The notes under the pieces were generated by a model. It was not told where the DNA came from. It saw nothing but the letters and a program-made list of their open reading frames with translations, and did no database searches. The translations under genes and the position numbers were made by a program. Shown here in pieces: positions 26,726 through 37,972 of a stretch of DNA of 64,000 nt (position 1 is the first letter of the stretch; every line of letters begins with the position of its first letter). The stretch covers positions 3,344 through 67,343 of the forward strand of contig JAUCBJ010003882.1 in NCBI GenBank assembly GCA_032718475.1. The letters run 5' to 3'. The stretch comes from Nemertoderma westbladi. Its lineage: Eukaryota; Animalia; Xenacoelomorpha.

Positions 26726-29700
26726 TTAAATTTCTTCCACACCAATACAACTCTGACACCGACACTGGGAATGCGCTTCCACTATTGACCGCTGGGCGGC
26801 ATACTGCGGTCGATTATCCTGGTCACACGTCATCGCGATCTCCGCGTCGAAAACTGACGTTGCCACGCAACCGACCGGACAACGTAAGACCCCCTGCTGC
26901 GAGTCACACCCTGCACGCCCGCCGAACGTTGCGTTGCGTAATGCGTGCGGCGCGGGCTCGCACTCGCACCGATGACAGACCCGCTGCTGGCGGGAGGGCG
27001 GGCAACCGGTACCGGTACCGACGGCAGAGACAGCCCGATCGCGATACTGCGAACCGGAGCCGCAACTGGCGGCGTCGCAGACGCTCCACTCGCCCCAACC
27101 GCCCACCACGCAAGAAAACTCAGGGGAAGCCACCCCGAGGCAGCAGACGGAAACAGCGACAGTAGCGTGAGAGTACAACCCATCGTTAACCATCACGTGA
27201 AACTTATCCTCAACCATCATGTTTACCTCGTTGCCTTGGAGACACGCCGCAGGTTCGTAACGGATAATACCGTCGCCGATAGCCGCGTTCATGTTGTCAT
27301 AGGAACCGCAGAAGGTTGAATCGTATCCACCGGGTCGGTATGACACCATGGTGACATCATGTTCGGTTTGTGTATCCAAGGTAACTGAGCCGGAATTCGG
27401 TTGATATATTGTTAGACAAACCTGGACCTCCTTTATTAGTAATTGGTTTTCGATACGAATATTCCGGAGTGAACTTATAATATTCGCATTTACATTCTGT
27501 TTTGAGTGGATTATAACTGGTTGAATATGAGTTATAGAATAGCGGGAGATTTGAATATTAGCTGTGAACTGCCTGGATTGGCTAACCACCACCCCTTGGT
27601 TAGCCAATAGCTGAGCCGTTTTAGGTACACCAATGGAAATGTTGATGCTAGCCAAACCCATAAAGTTAACCAAAGGGGTGAATTTCATAGAGGCTATTGC
27701 TTCACGCACTAAGGGAGCAGGACCTGCGAAGCACATGTTGCTGGGGTAACCCCCATGCACCCCCATGTGATCAAAATAAAGGCGAAGCTCGTCCGGCATT
27801 GTCATGGAAACAAGTCCGTGATTGGACGTTACATTAACATGGAGTATACCGGGAACATCTTCCCCTGGTAAGGACATTCTGACACCTACCGGTTCCAGAG
27901 TACTACCCTGATTTATACTCCTCAGCATGGATGTAACCTCGACACCTTCAACACTACCGATGCACTGTGATTTTGCTCCGACGGCCCAAACTGTTAATAT
28001 TTCGTGTATAATATTTCCATCTCCCCTGTAAACGACTATTCTTATTGGTTCAACGCAGCTAGAACTGTCGCTCAAACGAATTTCACTTTCTTCTAGTGCG
28101 CGATTGCATTCCTCTGTGGTGTTGCAGGTAAATTCCAACAACAATGGGGAGCTGCCACCGGTTAATATCAGCTGATCTGCGGTAATGCGAAACCGACGTT
28201 GAAAGTTGGAGGCTCGCGAGCGGATGGTGAGAATTGAAAGGGTTTTGATATCATCGTCGTTTTGAAAATAAATAAAGAGATTTGATGGAATTAAACTGGT
28301 AGGCGGTTGACTCGCCGTTACATCAATTATCACTTCCATTTTTGTAGGCTCAATATCAACTGTCTCTTCGCATACTGTGGCATCATTAGTTACCATAGCT
28401 TCTTCCACGGTCACCTCCAACTTACTTGTCCAATCGGAACACCTGGTCTCCATCCAGTAAGGGGGGAGAATTCGGGGTTGCCAAGCCCACACCTTGGTAG
28501 GGAAAGGGTACCAGAATCGTGGGTACCAACTCGGCCACACATTGGGGTGACGGGGGCCACGCGCCTCATATCTGTCTGCCTGCCCCGGTTCCATCCACAG
28601 CGAGGTCGGAAGGGCCCAGCTCGGAGGCTTCGCCCATTCATCGCACCACGGGACATACAACAGACTAGATAGAGCCGAGTTGACGCTGGTAAGCGAGCCG
28701 TGAAAGACTAAACGTTTTTTCCCGTTGCAGCCATTATCAACACCCTCGGCCATGTTATTTTCGAAAAACTGGTTGAAATCTCCATTGTGATCAATATGGT
28801 GCCGCACCCCGGCACCATAACTTCCGTTTATAATGGAGTACTGTTTCTCAAATATGATATCGGTCAGCGGTTGATCAGTATTAACCCAAAGAACTCCACC
28901 CTTATCGAGTTCTAGAGTAACCTTATAACTCGCCTTATCTATACCATCATCATCTCCTATCTTTAGATTGTCTATAAGAACGGCCTGACCTTCAGTGGTT
29001 GTGACTCTCCCGCCTCGTAGTCGTTCAATAAACACGGGAGCGTCGCTACTAGAACTTATAAAGACACTCAACGTTTCAGTAACGACAGACTTTTCATTAA
29101 GATTCTCCAACTCCTCTGCTATCGCGTGGACATTGAAGCAGAACTTACCGTGGTCGTTAGAACGAGGTTTTATTTTAAGACCAATAAGATCGCTTTCCGA
29201 CAAGTTGCCCAGATGAGTTTTGCTCAGTTCTGTGTTATCCGACTTAGTAAACAGCCAACCAGTAGGTATGTGAAGAGGACAAGAACAAACCGCGTCTCTA
29301 CAGCTGAGAGGCTCCCAACAGTCGCACAGTTTAACGGATAATGACTCCGAGCCGTCGTTGTCATAGAGACATGCGGCTATGACGTCAGAAAATTCTTCGC
29401 CTTCTTGAATGTAAACGGTTTGAACCCTTAAAGCGGGGGCGTCCACCGAAGGTTTGACGTCAATCGTAACGGTGGCAACAGGTGACGTATCAAACTCATC
29501 GCTAACGCGGTAAGCAAACTGAACGCGACCGGAATAGTGGGCAATAGGAACGAATATAAACTCCCCCGTGGCAGTGTCGACTAATCGGATGTTAGGACTG
29601 CCCGCCACCAGCTGGTACCGCGTATACAACGCTGTGTGATTGGCTGTCGCACGTGGACAAGCCGACATCCGGGCGTGCAGTTGGGCGTCCTCGTAGGAAT

Positions 29701-29821
29701 GCAGCAGGATGTCCAATGCACGAATACTGGGGCCTGGTTGGCATGGCAGCGTCGCCCCGAGGCTGGTTGCCAGGAACAATACAACTAGTAAAATGTATGC
29801 TGGGCGGCGTGGTTTTATCAT
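26726..29821 (-). CDS. Intronless 1031-aa secreted mosaic protein: signal peptide, bacterial-type Ig/cadherin-like repeats, Trp/Pro-rich insert, TSP1 repeat, vitellogenin-type C-terminal cystine knot
   Basis: Uninterrupted 3096-nt ORF. Signal MIKPRRPAYILLVVLFLATSLGA; GEFIFVP..HYSG.VQFAYRVSD...SPVATVTIDVKPSVDAP (tandem-95/Big_9-like); DNDGSESLS; repeated G.....N.A(L/I)...(Y/F).P; CVVGGWGEWSVC...CGSGSQYRDR (TSP1); VLRCPVGC...VEAHSQCRCQSC. No TM helix seen. Confidence 0.9.
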   Translation of the reverse strand: MIKPRRPAYILLVVLFLATSLGATLPCQPGPSIRALDILLHSYEDAQLHARMSACPRATANHTALYTRYQLVAGSPNIRLVDTATGEFIFVPIAHYSGRVQFAYRVSDEFDTSPVATVTIDVKPSVDAPALRVQTVYIQEGEEFSDVIAACLYDNDGSESLSVKLCDCWEPLSCRDAVCSCPLHIPTGWLFTKSDNTELSKTHLGNLSESDLIGLKIKPRSNDHGKFCFNVHAIAEELENLNEKSVVTETLSVFISSSSDAPVFIERLRGGRVTTTEGQAVLIDNLKIGDDDGIDKASYKVTLELDKGGVLWVNTDQPLTDIIFEKQYSIINGSYGAGVRHHIDHNGDFNQFFENNMAEGVDNGCNGKKRLVFHGSLTSVNSALSSLLYVPWCDEWAKPPSWALPTSLWMEPGQADRYEARGPRHPNVWPSWYPRFWYPFPTKVWAWQPRILPPYWMETRCSDWTSKLEVTVEEAMVTNDATVCEETVDIEPTKMEVIIDVTASQPPTSLIPSNLFIYFQNDDDIKTLSILTIRSRASNFQRRFRITADQLILTGGSSPLLLEFTCNTTEECNRALEESEIRLSDSSSCVEPIRIVVYRGDGNIIHEILTVWAVGAKSQCIGSVEGVEVTSMLRSINQGSTLEPVGVRMSLPGEDVPGILHVNVTSNHGLVSMTMPDELRLYFDHMGVHGGYPSNMCFAGPAPLVREAIASMKFTPLVNFMGLASINISIGVPKTAQLLANQGVVVSQSRQFTANIQISRYSITHIQPVIIHSKQNVNANIISSLRNIRIENQLLIKEVQVCLTIYQPNSGSVTLDTQTEHDVTMVSYRPGGYDSTFCGSYDNMNAAIGDGIIRYEPAACLQGNEVNMMVEDKFHVMVNDGLYSHATVAVSVCCLGVASPEFSCVVGGWGEWSVCDAASCGSGSQYRDRAVSAVGTGTGCPPSRQQRVCHRCECEPAPHALRNATFGGRAGCDSQQGVLRCPVGCVATSVFDAEIAMTCDQDNRPQYAAQRSIVEAHSQCRCQSCIGVEEI

Positions 29822-30474
29822 ATTAACTGTATTTTAGTTCTTATAATGGAAATGGGATCTTAAAAAATAATTAGATATGTCTTAAAATGTTTATCAACAA
29901 AAGAAAATGATTACCCACATATAAACTACATACTTTATAAACTGATCAGTTTGATTTCGTCTACTTTACGGCTGGGATGTGGTTTAAGGACACGGGAGTA
30001 AAGGTGTGTCACCGTCCCAATTAGTATATCCGGGGTATTGTATTGCAGATATAGGTCCAACACTCGTTGGGATTTCGAACAAACACAATCGGAGGGTAGC
30101 GCCCAAGTCAGTGTCGTTGGATTAATCTATGTATCAAAGGATACGTTTAAATATATTGTTTGACTCCGGTATCCAATTCGTTAGATTATGTTGCGTCATT
30201 AGGCTTGTTTGCAGGGGTTGTCAACAAGTGCCTCCACTCCCCTTATCAGTTTATAATAAAACTTTATCGCCACAAAGTCCTCATTTGAATTTGGATTATG
30301 TACATGAAATACGCAATCATGCCTAGCTTAAGAATATACATGTCCCGTAATAAAATAGTGTAATTTTTTTATGACACATGGTTTTTTATGTAATATGGGG
30401 GAGGGGGTTCGTTATGTGGGGTAGGGGAAGGGCATTTAAGTTGGTTAGAGATGATGATGATTTATATTATTAAT

Positions 30475-33400
30475 TAAGGGTGTGCCGGATATCCGGCCGG
30501 ATTTCAATTTTTGGCCGGATTATCTTTTCAATTAATTGTTGAAAAATTTACAATTATATAATGTAAATAGACCAAATAAAATATATATATATAGAGGAAT
30601 ATTACTGTAAATAGTAATATTCAAAAAAAATTTTTTTATCAAAATAAATTTTCTTTTAATTTCAAACAAATTTAAACATAAGCAAATACAATGGAATACA
30701 ATAAATTTTTTTTCATAGTTGGTATCATATTCATTAATATTATGAATATGATAAAGTCCAAAGCAGAGCTATCATCAGGGCAGTGTTAACAAGGAAGCTT
30801 ATTAAGCTTTGGGGTAGGGCCTTCGCACGCTTGGGGTCCTCCCAAAGCGTAGATTGGGATTGGGGAAATTACAGAGTACCAAGTGATATTGAATTGCCTA
30901 TACAGTATCAGTATATTATTGTTACTTGTTAGTGAGTAGAGTAGTGCACTGTGTTCCTTCTTGTTCAACCAGACCAGACTACAGAACTACAAGTACTACT
31001 GGTATTAAATGCTATTACACAGTTTTTGTTAGTTATATGCTTCGCTCAGTTGGTCCTTCGTTATTACATTACGTTTAGTTAATAATTTTCGTGATTATTT
31101 CATCCAAATCAGAAATTTGAATTGCCTCATAGTCAGGTCAGGTCCCCAGACCTGCTACCACTATGGCAGTAATGTGGTACTACCTGTATCTGTCAGCCCA
31201 GTAGGGCAGACCCGATAAGCATAGCCTATTCATTATTTAGTTGATCAAGAGTGGGTTGGTTTTAGCCCCGTCAACTAAATAAGTCATTGAGGGCTATAGC
31301 GCCTAGGGCACCATTGAAGGCAAAGGCTTGATACGCATCTACAATAGAGATGATACACGCCCCGGCCTGTCTATACTGGATGTTCCTCTACCAGTGTTAG
31401 GTAACCTAACCCAGGAGGCACACTTGGTTCAAGGTGTAACAAAAGGACCCTACAGTCGGCAGCAGGGCTGTAGGCCATGGATAGGCGGAAGGTAATCAAC
31501 CAATGGCAAGACATGCTGACAAGGTCGGCGGAAGGTAATCAACCAACGGCGACCTGCTGCGACGACGCTTGTAGGAGTTGCGACCTCAAGCGGTTTACTC
31601 TCGCAACTGAAAGATATGAGTATGAGAACCCTCCAGGAGAAATACCGGCTCGGTCGACGCCCGGGTCAACAAGGACCGCGTCCCTCAGTGGTACACCAGG
31701 CTGGGGTCGATAAATTGGCTACTGGAATAGAAGACAGAGAAGAAAGAAGAACCAACCTGTTGAAATGTAAAAAGACACTAAAGATTGCTACAATGACCGC
31801 ACGCACGCTGAAAGCACATACCAAACAGGGTGACATGGTCGCTATGGCAATGGAATATAACATCGACATCATCTGCATCCAAGAACATCGGATTTGTCAT
31901 GAAGACACTGCCATGAAGTACAATGACATTGGAAATGGATGGACGTTAGTAACAAGCTCAGCAGTAAGTAACTCGGCCGATGCATCAATTGGTGGAGTAT
32001 GAATTCTGCTAAGCCCATTTGCACTTTAAGACCATAAACAACATAGAATCTATAAATTCCAGGATTATGATGGCAACATTTGATGGGAATCCCAAGACAA
32101 CAGTTATATGTTGCTACAGTGCAACCAATGCCTCAGAGCCAGAACAAGCAGTCAAGTTTTATGAAGATCTGACTGGACTTATAAAGGACATTCCGAAACA
32201 CAATGTTAAAGTCATTGCTGGTGACCTGAATGCGCAAATTGGCCCAGAAGCCATCAAGGGTTACACCTATAACACCAGTTCTAACAGAAATGGGTACTTA
32301 CTTTTAGACCTAATGGAAGAATGTGAATTGATACCAACAAACAACACATTCGAAAAGATTAAGGGGAAGCTATGGACCTTTCAATACCCTAATGGAACCA
32401 AAGCACAACTGGATTACATCCTTATAAACAAAAAGTAGAGAAACAGCATGATCAACTGCGAGGCATACAGCTCGTTCAACCTAATTGGTTCGGACCACAG
32501 AATTGTGACTGCAGAGATCAGACTCAGTTTGAGAGCCAGCAAACCCAGGACAAGCAAGCAAATCAACTATGACTGGGAGAAACTCATAACTGACAGTGCA
32601 GTAAAGGATGCTTACACAGTAGAAGTTCAAAACCGCTTTGAAGCACTTCAGTCAATGGATGAAGACCAATCCACCGATTCAATATACCAGAATATAATAA
32701 CAGCCCACAAGGAATCAGCTAAGAGGCATATCCCCCAGAAACCCAAACGAAAACAATATGTGCCATGGCAAAACTCTGCTGAGGTTACTTGTAAGAGAGA
32801 AGATCTTAAGATAGCCTACAAAGTTAAAACCGAACAGCCAACAACCGAAAACATTAACAAGGTTGAGAAAGCTAAGGACGATCTTAAATTGGCCTACAAC
32901 ATCAGCCAGGAAAAGTACATACAGGATAAAACTGAAGCAATTACAACTGCTCACATACAGCAACAATCCAGACTTACCTGGCAAACTGTAAATGAGGTAT
33001 CTGGTCGGAAAAGTTGTGCAAAGGGGCGCCTCAAAGCCGATAGTCCTGAAGAACGTGTTGGGAAGTGGAAACATCACTTCAGCAACTTGCTTGGGCAGCC
33101 ACCAAACATCGAGGTCAGCCCTACAAGGAAAATATATGACAAGACACTCTATAGAAACAGGGGACTTCACACCTGCCGAACTCCAAAGAAGCATCAAAAG
33201 CATGTCCAATAATAAAGCGAGTGGATTAGATGAAATCCCAGCGGAGGTATGGAAAACCGGAGTGCTAAACAGACCATTATTGAATGTTTGCAACCGGATG
33301 TTAAAAGGGGAAAAGCCACCACCACTTTGGACTAAAGGTCAACTAAAGCCTCTCCCCAAGAAAGGAGACCTCGGCATACCAACAAACTATGGTGGGATCT

Positions 33401-35042
33401 GTCTGCTTGTGGTAGCTGCCAAAATATACAATAAAATGATTCTATATAGGATTAGGCCTCACATAGAGAAACTACTGCGTAAGAGACAAAACGGATTTCG
33501 ACCAAGTAGATCAACAATAGCTCAGATACTTGCACTACGGAGACTGATTGAAGGAATTAAGTCAAAGAATATCCCCACAGTCATGACTTTTGTGGACTTC
33601 AAGAAGGCATTCGACTCCATCCATAGAGGTAAAATGCTTGAAATACTAAGAGCTTATGGAATACCAGAAGTAATTGTTGATGGCATTGGATTGCTATATT
33701 GTGACACAGAAGCGCAGGTACTCTCACCAGATGGTGAAACTGAGTTTTTCTCAATCCTGGCTGGCGTACTACAAGGTGACACATTAGCACCATTACTATT
33801 TGTAATTGTGCTGGATTACGCAATGAGGACGGCCACAAAGGGTGAAGATCTGGGATTCACACTTCAAGAACGCAGAAGTAGTAGATATCTGGCAACTACA
33901 TTCACAGACACCGACTTTGCGGATGACATCGCCCTGCTCTCTAATACGCAGATGCACAGCTTCTACTAAATAAAGTGGAGAGGGCTGCTAAGGAGGTTGG
34001 ATTGCATATAAATGCTACCAAGACGAATTCATGACCTTTAATGTTCATGGAAACTTGACAATCAATGATAATAATCAACTAAGGAAGGTCGACGACTTCC
34101 AGTACCTTGGATCATGGATAGAGAGTAGCAAAAAGGACATAGAAGTTAGGAAAGCAAAGGCTTGGGTAGTTCTATCAAAAATGGATACCATCTGGAAATC
34201 AGATCTCTCCAGGCAACTGAAGACTAAGTTCTTTCGAGCCACAGTGGAAAGTGTATTTTTATACGGGGGTGAGACCTGGGCATGGACACTGACTAAATCA
34301 CATGAACAACGAATTGATGGTTGCTACACATGAATACTAAGGGCAGCCCTAAACATCAGCTGGATACAGCACATGACAAACGCCGAGCTTTATGGTACAA
34401 TACCACCTGTATCAACCACCCTCCGTGAACGCAGATTAAGATTCAGTGGGCACTGCTGGCGAAGTAAAGACGAGGTCATACCAGATCTACTTCTCTGGCA
34501 ACCAACTCATGGAAAGCGTAGTCGTGGACGACCTGCCATAACATATATAGATCAACTTGAAAGGGATACTGAACTTGGGAGAAACGACATTGCGACAACT
34601 ATGGAGAATCAGGAAGCCTGGAAGGATCTCATTTCCACTGTCCGAGTTCGCTCGACCTAGTAGTAGTAGTAGTAGTAGTAGAATTGCCTCATTTGAAAAC
34701 ATTAAAAGTTTAATTTAATAGTTTAATTGACCAGTTTATATATTCGACAGGCAATTTAGAAAATCTAGTAAATCCAATTTAACTCAGAGAGAATATAAAA
34801 ACTACAGCTATTATTACTTCGTCTATTTTTCAATTTGCACTTTAATTCATTTCATTTTCATATTTAACATTTAACAATATCAAATCAATCAATTATATCA
34901 AATCGACGTAGGCTATGGTGCAAACGGTTATGGTGTTAAAACAAATCCAGCAATGGCCGGAATTCCGGCCGGATTTTTTTTACAATTCCGGCTCCGACTC
35001 CGGCCTGGCCGGTTTGAAAATAGTCAATCCGGCACATCCCTA
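30475..35042. mobile_element. Non-autonomous hAT-type element interrupted by the full-length LINE
   Basis: TIRs TAAGGGTGTGCCGGAT / ATCCGGCACATCCCTA (14 of 16 match), subterminal CCGG motifs, 8-bp TSD ttattaat / ctattaat (7 of 8). Confidence 0.8.
31131..34680 (+). mobile_element. Apparently full-length 3.55-kb RTE-type LINE (single APE+RT ORF about 31616-34660, disabled)
   Basis: TSD (g)aattgcctcat at 31119-31130 and 34681-34692; (TAG)n tail overlapping the stop; motifs DIICIQEHR, AGDLNA, GSDH, FADD, RRLRFSGHCWR...RGRP. In-frame stops near 32000, 32436 and 34331; frameshifts near 33148, 33947 and 34022. Confidence 0.96.
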
Positions 35043-36062
35043 CTATTAATTAATAATGTTCATATAGTTTCTAATAGGAATATTGATTATTATAAGTTAA
35101 TATGCATAACAAACAAGGAAGAGATAACGATAGCAGAAATTATTTAAACAAAGTTGAGATTTTGCACAATTAAAACGACCTTTTAAAACAGTAAATGGTT
35201 CGATAAAACTAACCCTTTTACATTCGGTTAAAAAAGTGGATACAGTCTGCAGTAATATAAGAAAACGCTTAATAATACTCATGATTACACGGACCCACCC
35301 ACAGCCCATTTATTCTAGAGTGTTTTATAATTTTATAAGCGCCTTAAGAAGGTCTTTATCGAAATTGCACCGTATCGCCGCCATTCTGCACATTAGTCGT
35401 GATATATTTACCATTAGAAAGCATATATGATGCAAGGATTCCAACTATGTAACGTTCAAAGTCTGTGTTTGTTGAGAAACAGCTGGTATATGGGCGTCAA
35501 AAGATTTTTTAATTAAAACATGCTAAACTAAAAGCATTCTAAGGATGTTACCAAATAAATGTTGTATGGTAATATTATTATATGACGGTGAGATATGGTC
35601 GATCCGCTGTCCGGCCGAAAACACAGTCACCGATAATGGATAATATATCATTTTGGTTTGGTTAAGGGATTATAAAAAAAATGTATATAATTATATTTCG
35701 TAAAGTATGTCTACGTGAAGGAGGTCTATAGAAATGCGACAGTCTCCATTATTACATCCAAACAATTTTAGTTTTTCAACTTTTCGGTTTTCCGTCAATA
35801 GTGATTCGCGTTACAAATTTTTTCTTAACTTAATTTTTTCAGTAAACTTTTTGAATTAATGTTTAAAACTATAGCTTGAAATATATTAACAAATATAGAT
35901 AATACCACATTGGCATATTAAAAGGTTTAGGGTAATACCAAAACTACATAACTTTCTTGCGTTGAGTATAAAATAAATGACTTTGGCATGATTAGTCTGC
36001 ACTTTGGTCTGAATAAATTTGCAATGGATTAATCTTCTATATAAAGCTTACATGAAACTAAC

Positions 36063-36261
36063 CAGGAAAAATCCAAGATGGTTTCCTTCGATACGCCCCC
36101 AACGGTTTAAATGCCGTATGACTCTGAGTGAATGCGTTTAGAGTTCTGTACTTGTCTGCCAGGGTGTCTAGAATGATCTGAATGTCCTCGCGACTTTGCC
36201 AATCCGAAACGACATTGGGGTGGATTCGATCAGGTTTAACAAATTCGATGAACTTTTCCAG
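36063..36261 (-). CDS. DCLRE1C: Artemis exon (end of catalytic core, beta-CASP motif C)
   Basis: tttaatag|CTG...CCT G|gttagt; LEKFIEFVKPDRIHPNVV...AFKPLGAYRRK corresponds to human IKDFLSYLCPVNAYPNVI...YKPLGKLKR. Confidence 0.92.
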
Positions 36262-37329
36262 CTATTAAATAGGGTAAAACGTATCATAGTCATCGGGCTG
36301 ACAAATACCTCACAAATAATTTATTAACAATAACAAAGCAAAACAACACTCGTTATTTACTGAAATTCTAAGCACCAAATACAATAATTGTATAGATGCT
36401 ACAGACTGAATAAATTGTTTGTAGTAGAACCGGTATATGACATAATTGATTGCGTAATAGGGGAAAATAATGCTATGAAGTTCATGGCCCATCTAACTTT
36501 CTCACTCCGTAGGCGTAGATCATGAGAAAATAAACGAAATTTACTAATTTTTATTTATTTATATTATTTATTTTATTGTCTGTGATATACTTCCTTGATT
36601 TATAGGCAGGATGTATACTTAAGATTGAAAAGGATACGTCTTGTGGCGTGGACGAAAGATATCTTGCGACTTATTTAAAAAAACATGGACTTAAACTCCA
36701 CTGAAACATTTTAGTCAACTTTTCAATTGGAAATTAAAACTCTCTGTAACCTTTTATTGTTTATATTATTATTATTGTTTTAAAAGACACTGATTCACTC
36801 AAACTTGCTTATCTTGGTATATGTTAAATTTTGATTACCTTGTATTTAGATAAATGTTGAAATGTAAAAAGCCGAAAATTCTAGCCGGAACCAGAATCGG
36901 TTAAAAACTCCCGGAATTCCGGTACATCTGTAGGCCTATCGGTCTAGTGTAGTCAGCCCAGCAACGACCTTTTTTATGACGTGCCCAACTCCCCAACCTC
37001 ACCCATTCCATATCACAAAATAACTTACTGCTGACGTACATCATCGTACATCACAAACAGGTGGTTAGAATACAGTATTTTTCTAATTAATTTGGAGAAC
37101 TTAATATTGAAAATGTGGTATATTATACAGTTAGACGTTAACGCAGGTAATATTGTGGGTGGAATTTATTTATTGCTTGTTGTTTGACACTCAGCCCGAA
37201 AGCCAACCCATTTACCTAGAACGTGATGTGGATTACACAAATTATAATTTAAATGGGACCATTAAATTGTTTTCGGAAGGTTTAGCATATTGGTTGGTCC
37301 CATCCGAAAATAAACCGTGGCGATAGTCA

Positions 37330-37532
37330 GTGGCGAGCCCCTGACTATCTCAACCAGTGCGTCTGTCGATCTGTAGATCCGGGTTTTTAAACGTTAATAA
37401 CTCGGCCAATCCTCGATGGCCGAGTTCAAACTTGGTACATTGACAATGTGGTATATTACACCACATGTCAATAATATATAGCCATACTATGTACTATGTA
37501 ACGAGCCTCGTGCTGCGCGAAGGTCCCACGAA
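37330..37532 (+). mobile_element. Short degenerate member of the TGT-bounded family
   Basis: Shares ttttaaacgttaataactcggccaat...aaacttggtaca with copy A and the 3' end gcctcgtgctgcgcgaaggtcccacgaac. Confidence 0.6.
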
Positions 37533-37558
37533 CATTTTGGCTATGTAACAAACATTAC

Positions 37559-37732
37559 CTCACTAAGGGAGGGGTGCATAGAATAAAGCAATCGGAACGT
37601 GTTGGCTTTAGAATCTTTTACAACCAAGTTCTTCATAGATGTTGATGTTGAGAACCACAAGGTGGTCGGCTTGATTGTTAAAATATTCTTGCTGTCGTAC
37701 GAGGGTTGACAAGGTAATCCAATCCGTTTTTG
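37559..37732 (-). CDS. DCLRE1C: Artemis exon (beta-CASP, motif B His)
   Basis: Phase 0-0, 174 nt; QKRIGLPC...ILTIKPTTLWF...FRLLYSMHPSLSE corresponds to human KLPC...IISIKPSTMWF...YRACFSFHSSYSE. Confidence 0.94.
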
Positions 37733-37861
37733 CTAAAAATAAAAACCAGTCTTTATAATCTATTAATACACGGCTCGCCCCCATACTAACCTTAGGTTCC
37801 CACGTGTACGTATCTGTGTAGCAACGTCCCTCACTACTACACGGCTCGCCCCCTCACTAAC

Positions 37862-37972
37862 CTTAGGTTCCCATTTACAGGCGTGTATTTGTGTTTTCTG
37901 GTCGCAGGTTACAAACGACATAATCTCTGCGCATTGGCTGTAAAGCTGCCACGTATAGGGGCTTACGTGAAC
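37862..37972 (-). CDS. DCLRE1C: Artemis exon (beta-CASP, Zn-finger-like His/His/Cys ligands)
   Basis: Phase 0-0, 111 nt; VHVSPYTW...DQKTQIHACKWEPK corresponds to human VHVNKL...DRNTQIHACRHPK. Confidence 0.94.

Noticed and set aside
26785-29341. Short overlapping ORFs within the 1031-aa gene (and likewise within AMPK gamma and the LINEs)
   Set aside because: Shadow frames of GC-rich coding sequence.
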